DNA of 64,000 nucleotides from Macrostomum lignano (Eukaryota): NCBI GenBank assembly GCA_002269645.1, contig NIVC01001006.1, positions 62,001 to 126,000 of the forward strand, read 5' to 3'. Shown piece by piece: positions 1 to 10,838 of this stretch (position 1 is its first letter; each line of letters starts with the position of its first letter). The notes under the pieces were generated by a model. It saw only the letters and a program-made list of their open reading frames with translations, ran no database searches and was not told where the DNA came from. The position numbers and the translations under genes were made by a program.

Positions 1-606
1 AAAAGTTACGACGTAGAACAAGATTCAGCAAAAAAAGTTCACTTAACGAAAAAAAGGCCTCTATCGATAGCGTCGAATATCAATCTATGCTTTTCATCGC
101 TATAATCTTAGCATATTGCGCAGGTGGCGCTCCGCCATCTTCGGCAGCGATTCCGTCGATGTCTTCAAAAATGGTGCTGGCTTGGTCACTTTCGTCTGAC
201 ATGTTGAAAAAACTGAGAGTGGAAGGCATGGACAGCGCTGTTTGTGGATTTCAGTGCTTAAATGGGTGCTCCAAGGATTAAATTGCTTGCTCGTAGTCTA
301 TAAAATGCTATAGTAGATGCTCTGCTTTTTCACAACTTTAACTGCGAATCGTTCAATTGTTTTATTCTATACCGTACTACGAGTCTCTATGGCGGCATGT
401 GGAAGGGAAAGCAGATTAAAATAGAAACTGCAATGCGCAGTCTATGGCCGAAAAAATGGACGGATCGGTCTTTCAGGCAAAGATATCTTTCAATCTTTTT
501 TTGCTAAAATTGACAAACAATGACAGCAATGAAACAGCAAATTAAAACTCCCCCCGAACAGCTAGCGTACCGTCAAATCTGGTCTATGAGTAGCTGAATA
601 AAACGA

Positions 607-694
607 ATGCAGATAGCTCTGTACTTCTGCCTCATACTGGGGCTTGCAGGTAAGTCTGAAGTTGACATCCTGACGCACAGACAGGCAGGCAGGC

Positions 695-737
<43 letters not shown>

Positions 738-738
738 A

Positions 739-787
<49 letters not shown>

Positions 788-802
788 GGCAGGCAGGCAG
801 GC

Positions 803-851
<49 letters not shown>

Positions 852-870
852 GGCAGGCAGGCAGGCAGGC

Positions 871-919
<49 letters not shown>

Positions 920-2220
920 CTTAGGCAGACAGGCACAGGCAGATAGGCACAGGCAGACAGGCACAGGCAGACAGGCACAGGCAGACAGGCAAAGGCAGAC
1001 AGGCACAGGCAAACAGGCACAGGCAGACAGACACTTAGGCAGACAGGCACAGGCAGATAGGCACAGGCAGACAAGCACAGGCAGATAGGCACAGGCAGAC
1101 AGGCACAGGCAGACAGGCACAGGCAGACAGGCACAGGCAGACAGGCACAGGCAGACAGGCAAAGGCAGACAGGCACAGGCAAACAGGCACAGGCAGACAG
1201 ACACAGGCAGACAGGCACAGACAGGCAAACAGGCACAGGCAGACAGGCACAGGCAGACAGGCACAGGCAGACAAGCACAGACAGGCAAACAGGCACAGGC
1301 AGACAGGCACAGGCAAACAGGCACAGGCAAACAGGCACAGGCAGACAGGCACAGGCAGACAGGCACAGGCAGACAGGCACAGGCAAACAGGCACAGGCAG
1401 ACAGACACAGGCAGACAAGCACAGACAGGCAAACAGGCACAGGCAGACAGGCACAGGCAGACAGGCACAGGCAGACAGGCACAGGCAGACAGGCACAGGC
1501 AGACAGACACTTAGGCAAACAGGCACAGGCAGACAGGCACAGGCAAACAGGCACAGGCAGACAGGCACAGGCAGACAGGCACAGGCAAACAGGCACAGGC
1601 AGACAGGCACAGGCAGACAGGCACAGGCAGACAGGCACAGGCAGACAGGCACAGGCAGACAGGCACAGGCAGACAGACACTTAGGCAAACAGGCACAGGC
1701 AGACAGGCACAGGCAGACAGGCACAGGCAGACAGGCACACTCAGACAGGCACACTCAGACAGGCACACTCAGACAGGCACACTCAGACAGGCACAGGCAG
1801 ACAGGCATGGGCAGACAGGCACACTCAGACAGGCACAGGCAAACAGGCACAGGCAGACAGACACAGGCAGACAGGCACAGACAGGCAAACAGGCACAGGC
1901 AGACAGGCACAGGCAGACAGGCACAGGCAGACAGGCACAGGCAGACAGGCACAGGCAGACAGGCACAGGCAAACAGGCACAGGCAGACAGGCATGGGCAG
2001 ACAGGCACAGGCAGACAGGCACAGACAGGCACCCAAACACATATTCGGATCACCCGCCCCACCCGCAGCGGCCGGCAGCTGCTGCCCCAGCCAGCCTCAC
2101 CGGTGCAGCGAGTTCGGCGAGGACTGCACGGTGCCGGGCATGCCGGGCCGGCAAATCCGCTGCTGCAAAGGCTTGAAATGCGCCATAGTGGGCCTCTTGA
2201 ACTCCGTGTGCAGCGACTAG
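607..2220 (+). CDS. Small secreted cysteine-rich peptide with inhibitor-cystine-knot-like spacing; exons 607-649 and 2069-2220
   Basis: ATG607-MQIALYFCLILGLA-G|GTAAGT (phase 1) joins in phase to CCCGCAG|CG at 2069. Product: MQIALYFCLILGLAAAGSCCPSQPHRCSEFGEDCTVPGMPGRQIRCCKGLKCAIVGLLNSVCSD*. Hydrophobic signal peptide plus C-x6-C-x11-CC-x4-C-x9-C. Confidence 0.8.
676..2030. repeat. Intronic compound microsatellite/minisatellite: (ACAG)n/(AGGC)n, then 14-bp AGGCACAGGCAGAC units
   Basis: Read directly; fills the intron of the peptide gene and explains all the CLSAC/VCLS-type ORFs. Confidence 0.97.
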
Positions 2221-2629
2221 CCGGTGTCTACTTGCAGTAGTAAACTGACAGTAAAATATTCTCCCGCATTCTAAAACACAGTTGCTAATCGCTACTTTTT
2301 AATTGCACTGAGATGAGATTTAATAATTATTCGCACGACTTAATTCTGAAAATTGAAAATAGTGCTATACCGGTATTGCGTATTGTGTGAAATTGCTACT
2401 CAATGTCTCCTCTGGTGAGTAAATGATTTGCTCGAAAGATTACTCAAAGTAGTCAGCTGTACGCGGCCACCGCTGCTTCAGTACGGAACTCAGGAAGTCT
2501 GAAATGAAAAATTAGTTGGGTGACAGGGTGGCTTGGTTGAGTGACAACTCAGCGGATTGAGCAGCTGGTTGCTCAGAGCTTTCTGGCAATATTTATCTGC
2601 ATCCTAATTTTCTCACATACTTTCACCTA

Positions 2630-2878
2630 GCCAGAACTCCACTCCCCATTCCGCTCCCCATCCCGCTCCCCATCCCGCTCCCCATCCCGCTCCCCATCCC
2701 ACTCCCCATCCTGCTCCCTATCCCGCTCCCCATCCCGCTCCCCATCCCGCTCCCCATCCCGCTCCCCATCCTGCTCCCTATCCCGCTCCCCATCCCGCTC
2801 CCCATCCCGCTCCCCATCCCGCTCCCCATCCCGCTCCCCATCCCGCTCCCCATCCCGCTCCCCATCCCGCTCCCCATC
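2630..2878. repeat. 12-bp minisatellite (CCCCATCCCGCT)n
   Basis: About 20 near-perfect tandem copies. Confidence 0.97.
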
Positions 2879-3115
2879 CATGAAGTAATTTAAGAGCCTA
2901 TCAAACCTCTATACATGTATTTGAGCCCCGAGAAGCGCTTTGTGATGCTTTTTTCAGTTTCTGGCCTTGCTGCAGCGCACTTGACAGCTTTTAGACTTGT
3001 CTGTGGCCGGAGTTCTCTTAGAGAAATAATTGACCTCATTTGGGTTTTGAAAAAGGCGATTTGTTTGTTAATAATTTTCCCGCTGAGGAGCTCAGACCGA
3101 ACGGTCGCTGGGCGA

Positions 3116-4924
3116 ATGGCGTCTCACAGCCACAGAAAATGGATCGGCTTGAGTCTCCCGTCACGTGGACAGCTTGCATACCTCTGCATCTTGGTAGCTT
3201 TGCAGCCTCATCAAGTAAACGGTGCGAAATCACCCCAGTCAGTAGACGGTAAGCAGCTCCTTTCACAGGCACATTGCTTTGCTTTGCTTTCCATGGATTT
3301 TAAAAATCCACGTCACTTTTTAGAATATCTGCACTCCCAGCTGAGCGAGTTTGAGCTGCTGCAGCCGGCCAGACTTGTCAGCAGGAGGAGCCTGGGCTCG
3401 GATGCGCTGCCCACTCAGCACCTGCACTTTGTCGCATTCAGCAGGTTGGTGCGTGCAGTCTGCTGCTTCAGCATGTTCCACCACCCTATTGTGGCACTAA
3501 CCTTTATTGTTCGCACAAATCCAATGCAGGCAGTTCCATTTGGTGCTCAAACCCGACCGCTCCTACGCAAGCCAGCTGCATCCCGTCGTGAGCACATTGA
3601 TCGCGCAGAATGGCTCCCGATCTGAGCTCAAAACCAAAGAGCTGCTTGAAGACTTCTTCACTGGTTACATCGATGGTCAGTTCGCTAGACTTCAACTTTT
3701 AAGGTATCGAAGATTCAATTAAAAGTACTTTATAAAATCTTACAGACCAGCCGGGCTCTCGCGTCACCGGCTACGCCGACCGGCACCGATTTCACCTGAC
3801 AGTCTACGAGACGGACTTCAACGTGTTGAACATTGAGGTAGGAGGCAATGAGCAGCTGTGATAACCTGTTGATGTCGGAGCTGATGTCATGCCAGTTGCT
3901 GATGCACCAATTCCTCTTGCAGCCGCTCTCCCTTCTGACCGGCAATCAGTCTGAGGACCGCACTCTGGTGTACTACGATTCCGGCATGAACTCTACGTGA
4001 GTCCTTAGGAGCATTAGAAAATATGCTCAAATTTCGTAAACCTGAACCAAAAGCAAAGCGTGGCGCCTTTTCTGTAGCCTTACATAAACCACAACTGGCA
4101 GGGAGTTCTGGTGCGGACTGCACAACCCAAGTGGCAATGAAACTCTGGTGGAGACAGCGGCAGCCGCAGGTTCCTGGCGTCGCTACCGTCGGTCTGCAGA
4201 TTTGCAGACATCTTCGACACGTCGTCGAGTTTGTCGCTTGCAGTTGATCGCTGACCACGCCTTTGTCGCTCATGTTGGCTCCGTGTCGGCAGCGCTGAAG
4301 TTTCTCATCAAGGCGACCGACGATGCCAACAGGATCTTTTTTAACTCGGTGAGCGCCAGTGCAGACTGGGGGTTCTCAAGTTCTCCATTTGACTCGGTGA
4401 GACCCAGCATTTAGAATTAGAAAATCATGAAACAATTCATCCCAGGTGTTCACAACCAGCAGCGGTGAGGTCAACTTCACTGCGATCAGCTTCGAGGTGA
4501 GCAGCCTGGTCGCCATGACCGGCCCCACCGCGGTGCCGGCCTCCGAGGCGATGCACTTCAATGACGCCAACATCCACAGGGAGGTTTCAGCTTATCAGTT
4601 GCTAGAGGCGTTCGCCGACTTCAGGCAAAACGGCCTAAACTTGTTCGCCCACTGCCTCAACCACCTCGTCGCGTTTCGGCGCTTGAAGAAGCGACTGCTG
4701 GGGCTGGCGTATCAGGTGAATTGCCACCTGACAATCCAATCCAATCCTATTTCTAACGCAAAGCATCTCACCTTCGCACCTCACCTCACCTCACAGGGCA
4801 CTCAATTCAGGTCCCAGCCCGGAGGTCTCTGCTCGAACCCCAGCTACTCAATCCACGGCCGCCATACGTACGTTGCTAGAAACGTCGGGCTGACAACATT
4901 CAGCAACAACAAAGGCGAAGCCAT
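3116..4924 (+). CDS. ADAM17: ADAM17/TACE-like metalloprotease, 5' part (signal, prodomain, cysteine switch, furin site, N-terminal catalytic domain); exons 3116-3248, 3324-3444, 3530-3675, 3746-3837, 3923-3996, 4102-4348, 4446-4715, 4797-4924
   Basis: GT-AG introns with consistent phases. Recognisable ADAM17-like segments: EDFFTGYID, FWCG (cysteine switch), RRYRR, CRLQLIADH, HCLNHL...LLGLAY, GGLC...VGLTT. Confidence 0.85.
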
Positions 4925-6000
4925 TGATGTGTTCCTTATTACCAGTCCTCAACTGTAATCAAGGAACAATCACTTCTAGCTCCGTAGCTAGGCAACCCAG
5001 TAATCAAATGAAGGTATTCAATTACCTTTGAGTCCTTAAATGAGAGCTCTCGTAATAATCCTCGTCCGTAGTATCGCGATCAGTAACTTTCCTGTCCTTC
5101 AGGAAGTTTAGGCGCCTGGTAACAGTTGATCTGGTCCGTTATCTCCTTTGTCCTCTTGACTTCTTGCCGGCCGGTATCTGTAGTTCGGACCAATCGGAAG
5201 CTTCCAAATTAACAATGGGGATCCCTGCGCCAAACTGCGGTTTAATATAAGCCTACTCCTTCTAGTAGTGCCTCTATGCACTCTAGGTATGGCTCCGGAA
5301 ACCACTGATAGTCTTCTAAGATCTATCAGGGGCAGTCCTTCTGGAGACTGCAACCAGTGGAGTCTAAACAGACTCAAGAGTCTCAGCAGACTCAAATAAA
5401 CTCAAGTCTCAATAGACTTGAGCGAGACGTCTCAACCAACGGGCGCAAATGAGTAAGGCTTACCGCAAGAACTCGTCCACGACGCGAGTTTCTTCAGGAA
5501 GGCTTCACTAGAGCTTCCTCTTCGGAGCTTCTCTCCCTTGGAGATTTTCTGGCTCCGGGTCCGTTCCGGACCACTTGTATTTATAGGCGTTCAGACCTCT
5601 CTCGAGGTCGTACATCACTGTCTTCGCAAATGTCAAAGGGTCACGATTCGGTGGCTGTCAAGCATGACAGGGTAGAAAGTTGCGCAACTAGTCTACTGTA
5701 AAAGCGCATGATTGGTTACCGTAGCTGGTAGACTTTGATTGGTTCATCCGGGTGCAACCCGAGTGCAAACAAAATGATGACTTGAAGGTGGGGTTTGAAT
5801 TGACAGTTGTTGGTCGCACGTGATTGGGTGATTTCTAAAATTAGCATGCTCGAGGTCTCTCTCTTCCTATTGGTTAGTCCGAATATACTTATAGTTCAAA
5901 GCATACCTTTATTCATGCTCTTCAATTTACTACTAAATAAAATGTGTGAGTAGTACATTAACACTTTTATGTCTTCTTACGGGAGGTAGAACACTCTACA
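4925..6000 (-). repeat. 3' LTR (1076 bp)
   Basis: Direct repeat of 14548-15623 (offset 9623); no differences found by eye; imperfect inverted termini TGTAGAGTGTTC...GAACACATCA. Confidence 0.97.
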
Positions 6001-6218
6001 AAATCTCCCATGTTTACAAAAAACTCGTCCCGAGTTTTAAATAGAGGATTGAAACGCATAAAAAGTTCAAGCATGTCTTTATAATAATCATTTGTCACAA
6101 GTGTTACAGGTATTTAGTAATGGGTAGTTAAGAGCGTTGGTTATAAAAGTTATTTAAAGGTAAGTATACGCATGCAAATAAAATGTTTTTGGTTACAGTA
6201 TTGACATGTGCGCCAAGA

Positions 6219-6431
6219 CTAACAATAGGCGCACTGCCGCAAACTACTTCTACCTATCGGGCAATTCTGCCAGAGCTGAATATAATGTGAGTCGCTTAAA
6301 TATTGTCCGCATATGCGATGTCTGTTTTCACAAATAATTGGTGGCTTGACAGCCAAGTCATCAGTTAAACATATTGGGCATTCGTAGAGTTGCTGTAGTT
6401 GGGGCGCCTGTTTGGACAGTGCGTTGCCCAT
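6219..6431 (-). CDS. 70-aa accessory ORF: N-myristoylation motif plus degenerate RING-like zinc finger
   Basis: True ATG; MGNALSK fits MGxxxSK; CPIC-x12-C-x3-H-x2-C...CPIG, with two RING ligand positions substituted and a C-terminal CAYC. Confidence 0.6.
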   Translation of the reverse strand: MGNALSKQAPQLQQLYECPICLTDDLAVKPPIICENRHRICGQYLSDSHYIQLWQNCPIGRSSLRQCAYC

Positions 6432-6542
6432 TGTCGTCGTCGCTTGAAGTTTGAAGTCGCTCAGATTAGTCGCCTCTTACGACAAGCTTGCGAAGCTGTA
6501 GAGCTATTCTGACCCGGTCTCTACACGGGTTGTTTTCGCAAC

Positions 6543-8527
6543 TTAACGAGGTCGCAGATTGTAGCCATGGTGCTGGTTCTCGGTTGATGTTTGTGTCTCC
6601 TCGTGTTTTGTTGCGATGTGGCGGTTCGCCGAACGCGTGCGATCAGCGTTGTCTAGTGACGGTAAAAACGTTGTCGTGTCAGTGTTGATCTTCTTTAGTC
6701 GATGAATGTGCACGTAGAATTGGTGCTGATGAGGATCTTGCACATTGGCCAGGCGTGCCGTTGTCGGTGACGTTAGTTGGACCACTCGATATGGTCCTTT
6801 GTACTTCTGTGCGTGTTTGTGCGTCTGTTGCGGCGGATAGTGCAGGTAGACGATGTCGCCGGCTGTCAGAGTTGTCGATCTCGTGTCGGTGCCGGTGGTT
6901 AGAGCCACCTGATTGTCGATGTTGTGCTTGGCTACTTTCCATGCGAGGTGTAGTTGCGTGACGAACTTTTGAATGGACGTCGGGACTTCCACATATTGCG
7001 ATGGTAGTAGTTGCTGTGCCAATAGGTTTGGCGGCTGGAAGTCTCGCCCAAACATTAGAAAGAATGGCGTATTGTCCGTTGATCGATGAATAGCGCTGTT
7101 GTAGGCCATTGTTACTGCTTGCAGATAGATGATCCAGTCGTCCGGTTGTTGATGCGCGAAGTGTGTAATCATCTCGTGTAGGTTGCGGTGAAACCTTTCA
7201 ACCATGTTCGCCTTCGGATTGTAGGTCGATGTGTAGATCTGCGTGATGTTGAGGATCTTCACCACTTGCTGAAAGAGTTGAGACGTAAACTGCGATCCAT
7301 TGTCCGATGTGAGGTTCTTTGGCGTACCGTACTTGCAGATGATGTCGTTGAAGAAACCCATTGCCACTGTCTGAGCTGTGATGTCCGGTATTGGTATGGC
7401 AATAGCAAACTTTGAGAAAATGTCCAAGGCTGTTAGGATGTAGGTGTAGGCTATGCCATGGAGACAGCTCGGTGGCAGCGGTCCGGTGATGTCGATGCTG
7501 AGACAGTCCATAGTTGTTGACTTTGGTATCGATTGTAGCTGTGGTTTTTGTCGTCGTCCTGTCTTCGATGCTGCGCATGAGTGGCAGTTGTTGCAATACT
7601 GCTTGATGTCGCCATGCATGCTTGGCCAAAAGTAGTATTGCTCCACTCTTGCAATGGTTTTGGCTGCCGACAGGTGTCCAGCGAGTGGGTTGTCGTGCAG
7701 CTCGTTGAGAATTGCCTGCCTAAACGAATATGGCATGTAGATTTTAGGTTTGTTGTCACTCATCCAGTAGAGTCGTGACTTGTTGATTGTTAAATGTTGT
7801 CGCTGCTTGCGCAGGAATTTTCGTTCCACGGGGCTGAGCTTGATGTCCTTGTCGTTGTTTTTAACTGCTATGTAGAAGTTGTCGTGTTCCGTCTCATCCA
7901 CCAATTCCTTGATGTTAGGGATTGGATGAATGGCGTTGACTTCGTAGGCTCTTGACAGGGCGTCCGCGGCCTTGTTAGTAATTCCTGGTTTGTAGACGAG
8001 CTTGTAGTTGTAGTCCTGGATCTTGAGTGTCATCCTGATGAGTCGGTTGTTTGTTTGTCCTTTTGTAGTTACGACGTAGGTCAGCGGTGCGTGATCTGTG
8101 CGTACTATCGTCTGTAATGGAGATCCATAGATGTAGTAGTGAAACTGTCGTAGGGCGAACAGAACTCCTAGTAGTTCTCGTTCCGTAGCTGACCATTTTG
8201 TCTCATTCGGTTTAAGTGCTCGACTGACGTAGGCTATAGGTCGTTCCTTTTTGTCTTCAGTTTCCTGTAGTAGGACTGCTCCGAGTCCCGTTCCTGAGGC
8301 GTCTGTCTCGATGATGAAGGGTTTGTCGAAGTCCGGATGCTGTAGCAGTGCGTCTGATGTCAGCTGTCGTTTGATTTCGTCAAAACTTTCTTGTTGCTTT
8401 TGTGTCCAATTCTCCTGCTTCCATTTGTCGAACTTGAGCAGGTCGTACAGCGGCTTTGCTGTCTTCGCGAAGTTGGGTAAGAACTTTCGGAAGTATTGCG
8501 CAAGTCCAAGAAATGATTGGACCTTCG
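6543..8527 (-). CDS. pol: RNase H and integrase (continuation of pol after a -1 shift near 8529)
   Basis: FIIETDASGTGLGAVL, ERELLG and RTDH (RNase H); HHCC zinc finger; IDITGP / SDNGSQF / VERFHR (DDE); YKGPY (GPY/F). Confidence 0.93.
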
Positions 8528-10300
8528 TTTGCTAGTTGGCGTAGGAAACTTTTTCACTTTATCCACGTTGTCTGGGTCCGGTGAAATTCCTTTGGCTGTC
8601 ACCTGATGTCCCAGGTAACGCACGTTGTCTCGGAAGAATTTGCATTTAGTTGGTTGTAGCTTCAGACCTTGACGTTGTATAAGCGCGAGGGCCTTCTCCG
8701 TCGCTTCATAGAGTCGTTCGAAGTCTTCTCCGTAGGCCAAGATGTCGTCAACATAGTGCAACAGGTTCGTGCATCCTGCAAGCATGTATGCTGTTAGTCG
8801 GCTCATCGTTGCTGGGCTGTTGCTGAGTCCCATCGGCGATCGATTGTACTCGTATACTTGTCCATTGTAGGTTTTGAAAGCCGTGTACTGTCGTGACTCT
8901 TTCTCGATTTCAATTTGCCAAAATCCATGACGTAGGTCGAACACTGTGAACAATTTTGCCGTGTTGAGCTTTGCTAGTAGTTCGGAGATCTTCGGTAGGC
9001 TTTGCTGATCCGTCGGTATGTACTTGTTCAGCAGTCTGAAGTCACATACGAGTCGTCTTTCGTTAGTCTCCTTCTTTTGCACCAAGAGACATGGTGATGA
9101 GTATGCTGAAATGGCTTTGCTGATGATGCCGTGTTTCAGCATTTTGTCGATAATCTCATCGAAGTGCTGTTGCAGATGCTTGGCGATCGGGTACGGTTTG
9201 CACTGAATTGGTTCCGTGTGCGGCAGAAGTTTGATTTCCTGTTTGATGTCCTTGGCTCGTCCGATGTCGTAGTCATGGTGGCAGAAAGCGTCGTTGTACT
9301 TCCACAACAGCTGTCGAACTTTCCTCTTTTGCTGTTCCGTAATCGGGCTGTCATCCAAATTGATCTTCTTTTGAAATTCTTCCTCTGTTAGTCGTGGAGT
9401 CGCTTGCTCAATCAGCATAACCGATGCTTGGGTGTTGAGATGACCGATGCACATTCCTTGTCGTAGATGAACCGTTTCTGTGTTCGGGTTGAATATTTGT
9501 ACTGGCAGCTGTTTATCTTTTGCAACCAGTACTAGTGCCGTAGGCATCATAATTTGGTGTTTAGCCGTGACTCTTCTGTTTGGGTCGAATATCATTGCTT
9601 CCTCCGTTGCGTTAGTTGCCTTTGCCTTTATCCAGCAGGCGCTCTCCGGTTGGATGATGACATCTTGTTGCAATGTTACTTTTGGTAGTACTCGGATCTG
9701 GTTGATCAATGGTTGTTCTACCGAGTCGATCTTAAACGTTTGCTTATTGAAGTCGAAGGTCAATGGTAGTCTAAGCTGCTTGAACGTGTCGATGCCAACA
9801 ATAACGTCCTGGTTTGGGAGTCTGTCGATGACGTACGATGGAACTGTCAAATGTTTATTAGCGATTCTTAAATCAATGTCGGCTTTTCCCAGAATGTTTA
9901 GCGAATGTCCTCCTGCTCCTGCAACTGCGATTGTTGCTGGCCGTAGAGCAAGTCGTAGCTTGTTGCACAGTTGTTTTGATATAACTGTGATGGAGCTGCC
10001 GGAATCGAGTAGCGCTCGACATGGTAGATTGTTGATTACCACTTGAGCCATGGCTTTGCCAATTTCGGCGTGTAGAGTACATACGTAGTTCTCTGGCCAT
10101 TTTGGGTCTTGCTGTTCTGCTTGATAGTTAGGTGGTTGTATTCTTGGTGCCGTTGGTGTTGTCGGAATCGATGGATATAGCCGCGTTGCTAGTGTCGGTT
10201 GCCCTTGAACCTCACGATGTGCAGTTTCTGTTAGTTCTAAACTGTTGTCGCCTTCCGTTGTCGTTCTTTGCATTATGGCATTCACTGTCTTCTTAGCTTT
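8528..10300 (-). CDS. pol: Cytoplasmic tail with late-domain motifs, aspartic protease and reverse transcriptase
   Basis: LLDSGSSIT protease motif; RT motifs RRLVCDFRLLN, FDLRHGFWQI, YNRSPMGL, YVDD, YLGH. Confidence 0.95.
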
Positions 10301-10838
10301 GGACAAGTTTGACTGAAGCACCGTACGATCGACGAAATGATGAAGATTGCCGTGACAATCCACACAATGCAAGCACCGTAGAAGATGAATCCTTGATAGA
10401 GACTGCCTCTTCCATTGAGCAGCTCCCAGAAGCTGTTTGTCCAAAATGATTTGATGGCGCTGTCCATTGAAACAAGGACGGGAAATCTTCCTGTCCCGGT
10501 TCCTTTGTCCTTTCTTGTGAACAGCTGGTGAATCATCTTGCGTTGGGTGATGAACGCTTGCAAGAAGTCGTTGATCGTCCATCCTGGTGTTATCTCGTCA
10601 AGTTGGATATCGGCGAATGGCGTATACTTCGTTCTGTTGAATCGGATTTTCAAATCCTCCATGTCGTAGTTTTCGTCGACGATTACTTCCGGTTCTGTGA
10701 TGTTTGCTGTCGTTCCAGTTGTTTTGATGACGTGTAGTGCATTGTCCAGTTGATAATAGTTTGCTGCCGTGGTGCAAGGTCTCGGTATTGCGGTGCCAAC
10801 GATGATGTTGTGTACCGTGTCCAAGAATCCTGAATTCG
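10282..10838 (-). CDS. C-terminal part of the env-like glycoprotein with transmembrane anchor (-1 frame relative to gag-env)
   Basis: GFLDTVHNIIVG...PC, NIT and NRT sequons, TM FIFYGACIVWIVTAIFIISSIVRCF. Confidence 0.8.

Noticed and set aside
80-202. Acidic minus-strand ORF MSDESDQASTIFEDIDG with a good start context
   Set aside because: It stops after 40 codons, has no recognisable domain and lies at the window edge.
562-2062. Long Cys/Leu-rich ORFs (up to 372 aa)
   Set aside because: They are translations of the microsatellite; only 607-649 and 2069-2220 are coding.
5108-5395. 95-aa ORF in both LTRs (also 14731-15018)
   Set aside because: It starts at TTG and has no recognisable motif; the duplication only reflects LTR identity.
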